Shown here piece by piece: positions 26,268 through 41,903 of a stretch of 64,000 nucleotides of DNA (position 1 is its first letter; each line of letters starts with the position of its first letter). The position numbers and the translations under genes were made by a program. A model generated the notes under the pieces. The model saw only the letters and a list, made by a program, of their open reading frames with translations. It was not told where the DNA came from and searched no databases. The stretch comes from Piromyces finnis finn. Its lineage: Eukaryota; Fungi; Neocallimastigomycota. The stretch lies in contig MCFH01000004.1 in the NCBI GenBank assembly GCA_002104945.1, positions 992,001 to 1,056,000 of the forward strand. Direction: 5' to 3'.

Positions 26268-28189
26268 ATGGATAAACTTGAGTTAGTAACCGTTTTAAAA
26301 GGTAATATATATATCATAGGGTTTTAAGTATTTTATAAATTTATCGAAATTCATTTTTCAAAATCAATGAAATTTGTTGAAATCAAATTTTTACAAATGA
26401 TTTTATATTATTAATTATAATAAACCGATATTTATTATTGAATTTTATTAATATAGTAATAATTATGTATTTTTTATATTATAATGTTATTCTGTAATGC
26501 ATTTTTTATGTTATAATGTTATTCTGTAATGGTTTCATTTTAATAAACTTAATTATTATATAAATTAAATTTATTATTAAATGAATAATAAAGGTCATAA
26601 TGATAAAGTATGGCAAGCAAAATGGAATTCAAATGGAAGTTTAATTTGTAGTTGTGGTGCTGATAAAAAAGTTTGTTTATATTCTAAGGGACCTAATGGT
26701 CAATGGAATTGTGAAGTATTAGATGAAGAAGTTCATTCAAGAACTGTTCGTTCTGTTGCCTTTTCACCTGATAATAATTTTATTGCCTCTTCAAGTTTTG
26801 ATTCAACAACTGCAATCTGGATGAAAAACAATAATGGTAATTATAAAAGAATAATTCATAAAATATAATTTATATTTTTAATAAAACAAAAATAAAAAAA
26901 TTAATGTTATAAAAAAAAAGATAATTCATTCAATTAAATTTACATTAATATTTAAATTAATGTTATATAAAAAAAGATAATTTATTCAATTAAATTTACA
27001 TTAATATTTAAATTAATGTTATATAAAAAAAGATAATTTATTCAATTAAATTTACATTAATATTTGGAAATTAAACAATTTATAAATTATTTATATTAAT
27101 ATAAAATTCAATTTTTTAATTAATTTTCAATTTTTAATCATTATTATTAAAATTTCAGAATATGAATATATCGCTTCACTCGAAGGTCATGAAAATGAAG
27201 TTAAAAGTGTTGCATGGTCTTCTTCTGGTTCTTTATTAGCTACATGTAGTAGGGATAAGAGTGTCTGGATTTGGGAAGGTATTAAAAATTTATTTTATTA
27301 ATAATTTTTAATTTTTATAGTTTTATACTAATGCTTTTATATAATTTTTCTTTTTCAGTTGAAGGGGATGATGATTTCGAGTGCTTAAGTGTTTTACAAG
27401 AACATACCCAAGATGTTAAAATGGTTGCATGGCATCCATTCGATGAAGTAAATATATTATATATTATTACACTGGATAAGTTTAAAATAATAAATTTATT
27501 AATATATATTTTAGGTTCTTGTTTCAGCTAGTTATGATGATACTATTAAAGTTTGGAAAGATAATGAGGATGATTGGTATTGTGCTGATACATTAGAAGG
27601 TCATATTTCAACTGTATGGGCAGTTGATTTTGATGCAACTGGTGATTTATTAGTTTCCGTTAGTGATGATATGTCAATTAGAGTTTGGAAATGCTTTAAA
27701 AGTAAATAAATATATTAAATTAAAAATAGGTTTTACTATTAGCATCTAAAAAATTATATTTAATAAATATAAAAGACAAAGAGACCAACGAATCAAAATA
27801 TAAACCAGTATCAGTATTAAAGGGATTCCACACAAGACCAATTTTTTCTGTCTCTTGGTCAAAATTAAATAATAAAATTGCTACTTGTGGTGGTGACAAT
27901 TATATACGAGTATTTGAATTGGTAAAGCAACATATTTTAGAATTTTATTTCTAGTAAAAATAATGATTTTGTATTAAATATTTATTATTTTAAATAATTA
28001 TTAAATATATAGGATCAAGAGAATTCAACTGAAGAAGAATTAAAATTTAAGTTAGTTGCTTCTAAACAAAATGGCCATGGGCAATCTGATATAAATAGTG
28101 TTATGTGGAGTACAGATAAAGAAAACCCAGATTTATTATTATCAGCTGGTGATGATAATAATGTTAAAATATGGAAATTAAACATTTAA
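26268..28189 (+). CDS. CIA1: CIA1/CIAO1 WD40 cytosolic Fe-S cluster assembly protein
   Basis: [131 protein letters not shown]. Confidence 0.93.
26898..27065. repeat. 56-bp minisatellite, 3 copies, inside a CIA1 intron
   Basis: Unit AAATTAATGTTATATAAAAAAAGATAATTTATTCAATTAAATTTACATTAATATTT at 26898, 26954 and 27010. Copies 2 and 3 are identical. Confidence 0.9.
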
Positions 28190-28806
28190 AATTATCAAAA
28201 TCTATTCTTAGTATTATGATTACATTTTTTAATATATATTATATTAAATACAAAAAAACAAACAAACAAACAAACAAACTACACAACATATTATGTTGTA
28301 TTTAATTACATAAATTTTTATTTCCATTTATTTTTAGAATATAAAGTATTTATTATGTTATTTATTATATCATAATCCTAAATCCGAGTATAGATAAATC
28401 ATACTGCTATCATACATGTATAGATAGCTATTAATTTTTTTTTTTTTTTAAAATACCATTTAATATTAATAGTTAGAATATTATATATTTATAGAGTATT
28501 ATATAAATAATAAATCATATTTTAGTAAATAAAAATAAAAATAATTAAAATAAGAATAATAATTTATAATATATAAATGGGTTTAAAAAAAGACTCTTTT
28601 TTAATTTCAATGTTCCATATACATATATAGCTAAAATTCAATATCAAATTTATAGCAATAATATTATTGAACTGCTGTATTAAAATTAAATTAAAGTTTT
28701 ATTAAAAATTTTTTATATATTAAGAAAATTTTAATATAAATACATTATAAAAATTTATTTGTTGGTAACTTTTATAATTTATAAAGTATATAGAAATAAT
28801 TAAGAG

Positions 28807-30673
28807 ATGGTAAGATTATAAAGGAAAAGTTTTTGTTTATGATAATCATAATTGTTTTTGTAAAAACTTATAAGTAACTAACAGACTATTTTAATGTATA
28901 TTATATATATATATGTATATTTGTAATATTTTTAAAAACAATTATATTATTATAAAAGGCAAGAAATGAGGAAAAAGCACAGTAATTATCTTAATTCTTA
29001 TTATTTTCTTATAATTTTAATTTATTAATAACTTACATCACCTTTCTTTGGGTTTATTTATATAATAAGTGAAAACAACTATTATATTGAATGATTCAAA
29101 TTATTAATATTTTTATTATACTTTTTCCATTTCAAATCAAGAAAAATTCAATGACATTTCACTCTAATTTATTTGAGATTGATAATTTTCTAATATATAT
29201 ATATATATTTTAATAATGATTAAAAAATATTCTATCAATTGATAGTAATTAAATTGAATATCAACTTAAAGGAAAATTGTAATAGATATATTTCATTCAT
29301 TCATTAACAATTAACAATTAATGATTTTAAATTTTGAAATGATTAATAGTAATATATAATGCAATATTTTAATTGAAAAACATTTGGAAAAGTGATGTAT
29401 TTGCTTGTTATGTACAAAACGATAAAAAATAAACAATACTTTTTACTTTTTGGGATAATAATAAAATTAATTTCAAAATCTAAATGAAAAAGAGCTATTA
29501 TTATAAAGATAATTTTAATTTCTATATATTAATATATATGAATTATTTTATAAAAGATCTATGCTTCATCGTTTTCGGGAAGCTCAAGCTATTGAATTAG
29601 GTTTATTGAAAAAAGAAGAAAAAAGACCTTATTTAGCTACTTTATGTGATAATGTAAAAGATTGTGAATATTGGAGAAAACAAATTATAAAAGAAATTTC
29701 AAAGAAAGTTTCGAAAATCCAAGATGGTAAATTAATTTATTTCTTTTCTTATAATAACAATAAAATTATGGAAAAGTTAATATTAACATTATTAACATTA
29801 CATATTATATAAACTATTTAACATAACGATTGTTGATTTATCAAATGGAAATTATTGAAATGTATTATTAATTTATCAGTTCAATTAACAGATTACCAAA
29901 TTAGAGATTTAAATGATGAAATTAATAAATTAATTAGGGAAAAATATCATTGGGAAAATAGAATATTAGAATTAGGTGGTCCAAATTACAAGGTATGCTT
30001 TGATGATAGTAGTTTATAAGTTTATAATTCATTTTTTTTAATGTAAGTGTTAAAATAAATAGAAAATTGGCCAGAAAACTTTAGATAAAGAAGGAAAAGA
30101 AGTTCCAGGTTCTAGAGGATATAAATATTTTGGAAGAGCAAGGGATTTACCAGGTGTAAGAGAATTATTTGAACCAGAAGGTATTTATTAAAAAGATATA
30201 TTAATAAAAATATGTTTATATCAATAATAACATTACAACTTTAAATTTACAATTTTATCAAATAATAATAGTTAGTGAAATTCGTTCTAAAACAAGATAT
30301 GAATTATATCAAAATATTGATGCTGATTATTATGGATATAGAGATGAAGAAGATGATATTTTATTAGAATATGAAACTGAGTTGAGAAAACAATGTATTT
30401 ATTATAAAATAAATATAATGATTATTCATAATTATAAAACTAATTTTATATACTTTTTTTTTTTTTTCAGATGTTGATGAAATATTAAAGGAAGAAGGAA
30501 TAGAAAATAATAATAAAGATGTGAATTATAATGAATATGATTTTGTTGAACATTTATATATTCCAAGTCAGTCTGAAGTTGAAAAATATTTAATAGAACA
30601 AAAGAAGGAAGAGTTAACAAAGAAATATTTATCAGAGGCAGCATCTCTTAAAGCAGAAATTGAAAAGCAATAA
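28807..30673 (+). CDS. ISY1: ISY1 pre-mRNA splicing factor (NTC component)
   Basis: Spliced [19 protein letters not shown], built from an ATG-only exon at 28807, a 23-nt exon at 28959 and then the exon near 29557. Also [51 protein letters not shown] and [19 protein letters not shown]. Confidence 0.93.
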
Positions 30674-32274
30674 TCAAAAAAAAAAAAAAAAGAAAACAAT
30701 TTTTTATTATAATAAAAATAGCATGTTTATTTTTTCTTTAATCCGTTTTATCGAAAGATATATTTTAGTATTTAATTAATTATCATTGTTATTATTATTA
30801 TTTTTTTTTTTTGTAGAACATCGGTATTGAGAAAAAAAAAAAAAAAAATTCTAGTTTAATAATTAATTATTATTGATTAATATTTAAAAATATTTATTTA
30901 TATGTATATATCATGATAATAAAAAATAAATTATAAAAAATTTATATTATATAATAATATATTGTAATATATCAAATGAAATATAAATTTGTAATGAAAT
31001 ATATTATATTTAATTTAATATTAGAATAATAAATTATGTTTCACTAGAATTTTTTCTTTTAATCCTTATTCAGTTATAATTATTAATAAAATAATCAAAA
31101 TTAGACAAAATTAGATTGTTGTTTTGCCTATCATCAATCTTTGTAATATATAAATACTAGTTCACTAGTTTATAATTTAGTATTTGAAATCTATAATCGA
31201 TAGACTATTGAAAAGACAAAAAAAAAAAAAAAAAGAGAACAGTATAAAAGAAATTTTTCATTCCTACCCATCCAAATATATAAATTGATATTTTTATTTT
31301 TATTTTTTTTTTATTTCAGTTAAAAAATAAAAATAAAAATAAAAATAAAAATAATAATATATATATATATATATATATATAAAAATTGTCATTTCATAGA
31401 TATAAGTAATGTCAGTTTAAGAATTGAAATAATTAACTGTATTTTAAGTTACAAACAATACAATATAAACATCATATATACCATCATTTCTTTAAAAGGA
31501 AATAAAGTAATTATTTATTATTTTAATTTTTTTTTTTTTTTTTTCTTCTTTTTCTTTTTTTTTTTTTTTAATAATTAAAAGATATTTATCAAAGTTACTT
31601 TAATAACTAAATTATTTTTTTAAAAAAAAGTTTATACATATATAATATTCTTATTTTTTAATTAATTTATTAAAATGTTTATTCAAACATTGAAAATAAA
31701 CATCCTTTTTAAATATATAAAATATTCTTAAGGAATCATATAATTTAATTAACTGGTAGAAATTATATAATGTATATATTTAAATTAAATTAAACATTTT
31801 AATATCAATGATAATAATTATATTTAAAAGTATTTTAAAAGTAATTTTAAAAAGTTAACATTTTTATTGTTTATTTAATTATACCCCTTTTAATTAGATA
31901 ACATTATATATATTCAAAACACTAAATATTATTAATATAAAAATAAGAAGGGATCAGCGATTACTTATTCATAAAAAAATAGTTAAATCGAGATTCTTTT
32001 TGAATATTTATTACATCGATTAATTTAATCATAAAAAGTAAAGATTTTAAATATATAATTTTAGAATAGCCAATAATATAAATAATTTTAATTTTAAAAA
32101 ATCATTACAATGTTTTTAGTATTGTTAATAGAAATGTAGATCATTAATATATACTATAGATAATGAAATTTATATATATTTTTTTCATTCAATTGATAAT
32201 CTTGAATTATGAAGTAAATACTAAATTTTGATAAATATATTATTTTTATCAATATAATTTATAGTTAATATAAC

Positions 32275-35200
32275 ATGGATAGAAAAAGACCTCAAACTGA
32301 TGATTCTTTATTGAATTCACCACCAGGAAAGATATTAAAAACAGATAATGAATTAGCTGAAGAGGATATAAGCAAATTAATAACCTTGGATTCTCCAGAT
32401 GTAATATATATTTAAATGTTACATAAATATAAAAAAATTAAATAAAAAAATTATTTATTAGAAATGTAAATATTAGAAGAATAAATTGAATTTATATTAT
32501 ATATATTTACATTTACATATATGCATATAATATTAAATAAATTCATATAAAAAGGATTATCTATTGGCATATCAAAAAGAGGCAATATGGAGAAGAATGG
32601 AATCTTATAAAAGTGAATTAGCTCGCACAAAAGAAAGAGTAAATAAATTACAAAACAGAGAACAGAAATATCTTGATAAGTATATGATTCTTGGAAAATA
32701 TTGGCTGAAGGTATTTATTTTTAAAGTCTTTTATTTTAATTGCCAATTTTCATTATAGATATATATTAAATAAATATGTATTATTTTATTATTTATTATT
32801 AGATTGAGGAAGAAATAAATCAATTTTTAAGCAAAACTGAAAATCAAGATATTGATAATGGTAAATATTAAATATATATTTTGCAATATTTTTTAATTTT
32901 ATCCTATTATTTTTTAAACTTTAATTTAAATAACAATAATGATAATGGTTTCTTAATTTGTTTTTTTATAGCTATTGATTCTTTGGAATTTTTGAAAAAA
33001 TTATATCAAAGTGAAGATGAAGAAAGATTAGAAGTGCTAGAAAAACCTTTTATAAATTATTTTAATAAAATAAAAAATTCACTAGATAAAATAGTAGAAA
33101 AAAAAATAGAGAAACCAATAAATGAAAAAGAATTAATAAACAAAATAGAAAAACAAAATAAAAAATCTTCTGATGAAGTAAGAAAAAAAAAGTTTATTGT
33201 ATATATAAATGATTTATGATATACATATATATATTCTAACAATCTACATGTATCTAAAATAATCACTATTTGTGTAATTAAGGTAATAACATATAAATCA
33301 AAGCTCGAAGAAGTTAATACTAAAATTAATGATTTAGAAGAGCAAATAAATGATTTTAAAGTTCAAATAACTATATTAGAAAATAAACTAAATAAGAAAA
33401 AATGCTTGACAACTTCAGCGAAATATTCAACATTAAATAAGGATTCAGCTATTGGTCATTCAAGTTTATCAGATTCAAAGGTATATAATCACTGTTTGGA
33501 ATATACTAATATTAAAGGATTATATACACATTTAGTAGTAGTAAAAGTCAAGTTTACTAATTAATAATTTAAATGATATCATAGGGTGATGTTAATGTAA
33601 CCAAATTAAGTGAAGAATTGAGTGAAATAGCAGCGCGTTCAGAAACAAGATTAAAGAAACTTAAAGAAATGGAAGAAGAAAAGTTAAAATTAGAAAATGA
33701 ATTAAATAATTATAAAATACAGGTGAATATATATCTTATATTATTTATAAATTTAAATAATGTATATCATTTTATATTTAATATTTTTGAATTTTTTTAT
33801 TTTTTTAATTTTAATAAATTTTAATAAATTATTATTAAAAGTTGGCTGATGTACCTAATGAAGAACAAGTAATGGAATCACCAACATATAAAAATTTACA
33901 AATTCAATGTGGATATTTAAAATCAGAAGCTGACAGTTCCAAGGCTCAATTAGAAAAAATAATTCGTGAATATGAAGCATTAAAATCAGAAAGACAGTCA
34001 TTTATGGATCAATTAGAACAAGAGGAACATAATAGAAGGAAATCTTTAATGTCAGATATTCGCAAATTAATGCAGGAAGTGACAAAGCTTCAATCAGAAA
34101 AAGAAGCTATTCAACGTACCTTGGAATTACGTAATTCTAAAGATCAAATAGAATTATGCCAAAATAATGAAATTAGAATTATTGCTAATACCAGAAAAGT
34201 AAGTAAATATTTTGAATAAACAGTTGATAAGTTTAATAATATAAAATGCTTATTTTTTTTCCTTTAAATAAAATTTATATTAAAATTATATATATATACA
34301 TGTTAATCTTATAAAATAATAATCGAAAAAATAATGTAATATAGGATAGAATTATATGTCTTGAAAAACAAATTCAAAGACTAAATATGAAAAAGGCAAC
34401 TGATGCAGGAGATAAAGAATTATTAGAAATGCATGATAATGCAACAGCAGAAGAAATTATTGAAAAATTGAGAAAACAAATAGAGTATGTTTATATTGAT
34501 TGATTATATGAATATAATAAAATAAAATAAAATAAAAAGAAAAATTAATTAATTTGCTTCAATAATATTGAATGTAAAATAAAAGAGAGCAAAAGAAAGA
34601 ATTAGAAGATAAAACAATGAGATTAAAGTCGTATGAGTTATTACCAAAGAATGAAAGAGAACAACAAGAGGTAATTAAAATATTCTTTATTATTATGTAA
34701 TAATTTTAACATTATAATTAATGAAAAAATAATATTTTATTTAATTATATATTAATATAATTATTATTATTTTAAATAAATAATGTAAAGATTTTACTAT
34801 CAAATGAACATTTTAAAAAAGATATAGAAACATTAAAGGATAAAATAAAGAATTATGAAAAAATATATGGTATAACAGAGAACCCAACAACAGATAAAGC
34901 TATAAGCGATATGGCAAAAAGATTAAGAGATTATGAAGAAAAAAACAAAAAATTGGAATTAAAATGTGCTAGTCAAGAAAAGGGTTATGTTAAATTGTTG
35001 GCTGAAGTTGAAAAAATTGGAATGGCATGGCAAAAGCTAGAAGAACAGAATTCAAGTAAAGTATTAAATCTTACAGAAAAGGAAGTTCAAATAGTAAAAT
35101 TAATTGCAGAGGTAAGCAAAACTTATATTTAATTTGTTAATAAAAAGTATTAATTTATTAATAAATATAATTTTTAATATTTTTACATTACTATATGATT

Positions 35201-36150
35201 TATGAAATAATTTATATATATAGAGAACAAAGTATGATCAAAAATGTCATGCATTGATGAAAGAAAAAGCAAATTCAAATAATTATATAATTGCTTTAAA
35301 AAGACAATCAGAAAAACAGTTAGAATTAATACGAAAATATGAGGATCATGAAAAAAATCTAACCAGTTTAATTGTATGTTTTTCTAATTTAAAAAAAAAT
35401 TTTAAATCTTATAAAAAATAGTTTAATAATAATTTCTACCACAATCTTATTAATTGATATAGACAATAGCAGAGAAAAACGCGGAAAATAATTTATCATT
35501 AATAGAATTACATAAAAAGAAAGCATTAGAACTTACAGAGGTTTGTGATGAGCAAAAAGAAAAATTAGAAAAAATCAATAAGAAATTTATAGAAGTAAGT
35601 TTATTTTTTATAAATTATTGATTGAGCGATTCATTATATGTAAATTATATATTGTGATTTGACAAATATATTAATTATTGATAATAATAAAATAATAATA
35701 AAATTGATTAGATGAATAATATAATAAGGGAAAAGACCATAAATTTAGAGTCAGAAATAGTAAAGAATAAACGTTTAGGAGTAAGTTTTTTTTTTTTTTT
35801 TTTTTTATTTTTTTTGTTATAACAATAGAAAAGATGAAATTAATTATTATTTAATTTATATAAAAATTTGAAATATATAGGAAGAAATAATAGCTTCAAA
35901 GAAGAGAATAGAAATACTTTCTAAATATGAAAATTCGGGTGACTCCAATTTACAAAAACAATTAGAAGAATACAAAGCACTTTTAAAATGTCCTTCATGC
36001 AATATACAATTCAAAAGTCATGTTATTATGAGATGCATGCATGTATTTTGTAGGGAATGTATTGATAAAAGAGTTGATTCTCGTCAAAGAAAGTGCCCAA
36101 CATGTGGAGAATCTTTTGGAAAACAAGATATTAAACAAATTTATCTATAA
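32275..36150 (+). CDS. BRE1: BRE1 / RNF20-40 histone H2B E3 ubiquitin ligase
   Basis: AYQKEAIWRRMESYK N-terminal motif, long coiled coil over many exons, and a C-terminal RING LKCPSCNIQFKSHVIMRCMHVFCRECIDKRVDSRQRKCPTCGESFGKQDIKQIYL. Confidence 0.92.
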
Positions 36151-36693
36151 AATACTATTAAAACTAATCATATAAATAAATTACCATTATATATAGTATA
36201 ATATAATAATACCGCAATTCAAATACTAAATATCCCAAACCCCAATTTTTTATTATAAAATATTAATTTTTATTGAATAATAATCACCTTATTATTCTAA
36301 TCTTTTTAATACAACTTTAATTATGTATTTTTATCTTAACATTTTAATTTCAATTTTTATTAATATTCATTACTTATTTCATACTTAATTTAAAAAATAC
36401 TAAAGGCAACTTAATAAAAAATGAAAAAAAAAAAAAAAAAAAAAAAAAAGAAAAAAATTTTGAAAAAATAATATTTATTTATTTATTTATTTTTATTTAT
36501 TTATTTATTTATTTATTTATTTTTTTTTTTTTTTCATAAAAGTCATATATTTATTTAATAAATTATTATTATTATTAATTCATTCATTCATTCATTCATG
36601 ATCTTTATGATCTTTATAGTCTATAGATTATACCTGTAGATATAATATTTTTGGTATTAAAAAAAAAAAAAAAAAGGATTTTATTATTCCGAG

Positions 36694-39270
36694 TTATTCT
36701 TTTAAAAGATCTTCAAATTTTTTACTAATTTTTATATTTAAAATTGAATTTAAGAATGTTTCGATATCAAAGCAATTAAAACATAAGCATTTAGATTTAC
36801 ATTTACTATATAGGGGGTTTTTCGGTTTTTCTTTTTCTTGATAATTATTGATGGTTGAAACAGAGGTATAGAAAGAGGTATTACTTCGATTAATAGAATT
36901 AGATGCGTGTTGTTTATATCTATGTTCATGACTATGTATTACTGGAGGTGGTGGCAAGATTAATTTTGAATCTGTTGAATTTTCAGTATCATTAGTTTCA
37001 TTTTCATGATTTCTATCTTCATTTTCACTTTCATTCATCATCGATGATTTTAATATAATATCTTGAGGTTGATGTTTTTGATTAAAAACTTTAATATCTT
37101 CTTCAGGTTCATTTTTAGGATTATAGCACTGACAATATTTGTCTGTATAAATGACATCATAAATGTGTAAAATAATATCAAGCGTTATGTTTAAACATTC
37201 ATCTTTGGATAAACCTTCACATTTACTTAGTAATGGTTTTTCAACATATTGTAATAAAGCAATACCTGCTTTAATTATGATTGATTTTCCTAAATCAATT
37301 TACATATATTTATATATATAAATTAATCTATTAAAATAAATAGTTTTAAAAATAGCCTATATAATCTATATCTATATCTATACCGTAATAATAAAATAGA
37401 TCCCAAACTCTTAATAAGCATGGCCAAGGTAATGTTTTTGAAAATAGACATAAAAACCACTTTTTTAATAATATTATATATAATATATTATATGTTAAAT
37501 TATTAATTTCTTTTATTTTTTATTTATATATTATTTATTATTTAATCTATAGGATTAAATAAATTATTTTTATAAATATTATAATTTACCTCTGTCGTAA
37601 ATAATATTGTATCAATTTCAAGGTCAACTAAATGATTATATAAATGTGGTAATTTTTGTTTTAAAATTTTTGAAAAAATTTCATTATCCGATTTTAATTT
37701 ATCTAAATTTTGGGAATAATATCCTGATATTCCGTAGTTTTTAATTGTACTGACTAATAACCAGAATGCATCCTAAATCATTTTATTTTTTTTATTTATT
37801 TTTTTTTTAGAATGAAATACTTTTACAATTATTATTTCTTTAAATTTATCATATTATTATGAATATATATACTTCTGCTGGAATAAACATTAATAATATT
37901 CCTGCTAAAAATCCCATTCCTTGACAATATCCTATTGATGGATTATATCGTGAGTAAGCTTTCAATACATTATATAGATTATTTTGACTTTTAAAAATAT
38001 TAATATTACATTAATAGTTAATAAATGTGGTATTATCTATTGATTTATTTTAAATATATTCTATAAATATTAATATTTGATTATACCCATAATAATTTTT
38101 ATCATTAAACATTATATGATCTATATATCATCATCATCCATTTTTTTTTTTTAATGGAATATTTAATTTTATATTAATATATATAGTTAATATCAAGGAC
38201 ATATTAAAAGAAGTAATAATGTTTTATAGATTTACCTGGGTAGCATCTTGTAATATCTTTTAGAATGATTTCATCAATTGGTAAAGGATCAGAATTACAT
38301 AAATCCTAAAATTAACAGCATCAAAAAATTTTTAATTATCATTGTTAATCAAAATTTTAAATTATATAATTATAACAAGTTTTTTTTTTTTTTTTTTTAA
38401 AATTTTACATAATAAAGATTCTTCTTTTTTATATTTTCAGTTCCTGCCAAAGTTGACCATACGTATCCTCTAAATGATTGGGGTATTCCATCACGACAAT
38501 ATTTTTCTAACTAAATAAATTTTTATTGATAATATATATATATATATTATTAAAATTATTAAAGAAATTATATATTAAAAATTAATAAGTTATATTAATT
38601 ATTTTAAGTACCTCTGGTAATTTATCACACATTCTGCATGAACTTTCTGATACTATTTTTGGTTTATAGCTGTCCCAATTACCCAATGAAAAGTTTTTAA
38701 ATAAATTAATCCAGTAATTCTCTTTTTTCTTTGTATTACCGCTCTCAATACTGATTAATATATATGTATATATATATTAATTGTATATTAAAAAAATTAT
38801 TATTTTTTTTTTAATAACAATAATTAAAATTTTATTATTTTCATTATTTATGTAGCGTACTTGTAGGTTCTTTTGTGAAATACATCATTTATTATAAATC
38901 CATATTCATCTGTTTTTAATTTTTCGTATTTAGAAGTATTGATATCATTACTGTTTTCACCTTTTTCTGAATTAGAATCTGAATTTATATCAACACTTTC
39001 TAAACTACTACTACTATAAGTATGTTTTTGATCTTCGGTAATATTAATTTCATAAAATTCTTCTTCCTCTGATAGGGCATAAACATTTTCTGTTAATTCT
39101 GTAAGTGATCCATAGGATAAAGAATTTTCATCATCTTTTCTATATAAATGTTTTTTTTGACTATAACTTTTATTTAAATTTGGCTTAAACACTCGTTTAG
39201 TTTGACTAAATTCTTTATTATTTTTTAAATTATTTTTTAAAGAAATACTAAAGGATTGTTCGAAATCCAT
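36694..39270 (-). CDS. TBC-domain Rab GTPase-activating protein (TBC1D10-like)
   Basis: DEYGFI, CRDGIPQSFRGYVWSTLAG, IDEIILKDIT, HIMFND, GYCQGMGFLAGILLMFIP (GYxQG motif), AFWLLVST, KLPHLYNHLVDLEIDTILFTT, and WPCLLRVWDL...GKSIIIKAGIALL. Confidence 0.85.
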
Positions 39271-40084
39271 TTTAAAAATATCTTTTATATCTTTTGTTTT
39301 TATCCAATAAATATAATATTTTAATTATACATAAATTGAGTAATTAAAACTAGTTATTAAAACTTTTAAAAATAGTAAGAAAAGATATTTAAAATAAATA
39401 AATAGAGAAAAAAAAACATTTCATTGTATTTTATTAAATCTAAAAACTTTATAAAATTTATAGTTTTTTCATCCACAGTTCTGTTTTAAAAAAATTGTTT
39501 TTTTTTTTTTCTTAATCAGAATTTAAAAAAAATTATTTATTTTTAATATAAAGTTTAATTATTATAAAAAATTTATTTTATTTCACAAATTCATTTTTTT
39601 TAATTTTTAAAATTTTGGTTGTTGTTAATAAATAAAAATATAAATATGTTAAGAACAAATAAACAAAGGTTTAGTATAAAGGTAAATGAATGAATAATTA
39701 AATTTAAAATATAAATTAAAGTTTTGCTGCTACTACATTCTTCTTACGTTCTAAAATGATAAAATAAAGTTTATAATTTAAGTATAGATATGAAAGTTTT
39801 TCTATAATGATAAAGTTTTTTAAATAAATATTAAAGGTATATTATTTTTATTTTTCATTGATTTTTTTTTTTTTTTTATCAAATTCTAACATTACTGTTT
39901 TAATGAAATTTAATATTTTTTTTTTATTTGAATATGAAATAAATTACAATAGTTGATATAACGTAAAGATAATAATTAATATTATTTTTTAATAATTTGA
40001 TAGGTTTAAATAATAGTAATGAAATTCCATTTAAATTAATGTTATAGTCACTTTTTAAATATTGCTAATTTAGATTTAAAAGTT

Positions 40085-41903
40085 TTAATAACCGTAATCA
40101 TTATCATAATCCCCTGCAGTATATTCAAAATTATTATAAAATCTATTTCTATTTTGTTTATATGGATAGTATGAGCCTCTAAAATCGTCATAATCATTTT
40201 CATAATCGTCGCTATCATCAGAGTCATCATCTTCTTCTGATGAATATAAACCTCCTTCATCTTCTGATGATGATGGATATTCATTTTGATAATAATCCTC
40301 AGCTATTTAAATATATAATAATTTTATATATTTAATTATAGTTAATATTATTTTCAATTATATGCATAAAAAAGATTTTGTATAATTTATAAAGGATATT
40401 TTACCATTTGAATCTTCTGAATCATAACTACTATTATCATCTTCATTATAATCATATATATTATTATCTAATTCTTCCCAAATTCTAATTTTTATAAAAC
40501 CATTTATTTATTGTTATTAAAAAAAAAAAAATAAAATTAAAATTATATAAAAGAAATTATATTTATATATATTAAATATATATTTACAAATCAGCTGCAA
40601 CATCGTTTTCTGTTAATTTGTCTGAATCAACTGGAATATATAAATCATAAACATAGTTATCTTGGGAATCATCATTATCTTCAGCACTGGTGTTATTATC
40701 ATTTGATACTTTGTGTTGATAATAAAATTATGCAACAATGGAAAATATTTAATACAAATCTTTTAATACAAATTTTGTTTAAAATGCTTAGAATACTGTG
40801 TTGGTTACCTTGTAAATATTCTTTAATCATTTTATTAAAGTTACACATAAGTTCTTCTTCTTTCTTACTTCCATAATATAGGCTGTAATGAATAAATATA
40901 TATTAATAACAATTTGGTATATATATTATATTATTATTATAATTTGATATTTTAATTATATATATATAAAATAAATACCCTTCTAAACTATCTTCTTTAA
41001 CAACATCATATAATTGATATTCATCTTCATCATTATCATTACTATAATAATGGTAAAAAAAAAATAATAGGTAAAATATAAATATTCATATTAGTTACTT
41101 TTTATTAATAACAATATTATTTAATATTTACGTTTTCATAGCTCTATTTTTTGTAATGACTTTATATCTTGCTGCTTTAGATTCTTTCTATAAATTAGTA
41201 TAAAATAAAAATAAAATAGATTTCATAAATTTTAAAAAATACTTTTAACTAATAGATAATTAAATATATATATATATATATATATATCCGCATTTATATA
41301 CTAACAATTTTTTTTTCCATTAATTCATTTTTTGCTGCTTCTAATCCACTTGATTTTTTTTCAATATCAATATTAGTTAAATGTTCCTATAATTATTTTT
41401 TAGTAAATATTGGATAATATATTAATATCAAGTTTAAAGTTTTTATATTTAAAATTATTATTTATTTAAAATACTTTTAATTTCTTTGCAGCTTCTTTAT
41501 CTCTAAATGTTTGAAAGTCAAAACTATCAGCAAGTTTGAAGACTAGTTTTAAATTTAAGATTAAACAATTTTTTAAAAAAAAAAAAATTAAGATTCATAC
41601 ATTTAATTATTAGAGCTTTTAAACATATTAATTACCTCTATTTGGATTTGCTGTTTTTCTTACTTTTTTTCTTTTTAAATCATCTTCGTTTTCATTTATA
41701 ACTATTTTTACATATTATTATATATAATATTTATTAATGTTATTGGTGAAATACTCAATTATTCTCGAGTTGCCTAATATTTATTCAATTTTCAGCATAT
41801 ATTTACTTAAAGTATTTGGAGATTCCTCGGTTCTTTTTCTTTTGATACGTAATACTGTAAAAGGTAATTCACCATTATTTTCAATTACTTTTGTACTTTC
41901 CAT
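40085..41903 (-). CDS. IWR1: IWR1 / SLC7A6OS RNA polymerase II nuclear-import factor
   Basis: N-terminal PFTVLRIKRKR motif, a YVYDLY motif, and spliced DSEDSN-AEDYYQNEYP matching the Iwr1 signature D(E)DSNAE....N(D/E)YP, followed by an acidic tail. Confidence 0.75.

Noticed and set aside
26898-27065. CRISPR-like array
   Set aside because: Head-to-tail repeats with no spacers, in an intron of a eukaryotic gene, with no cas genes.
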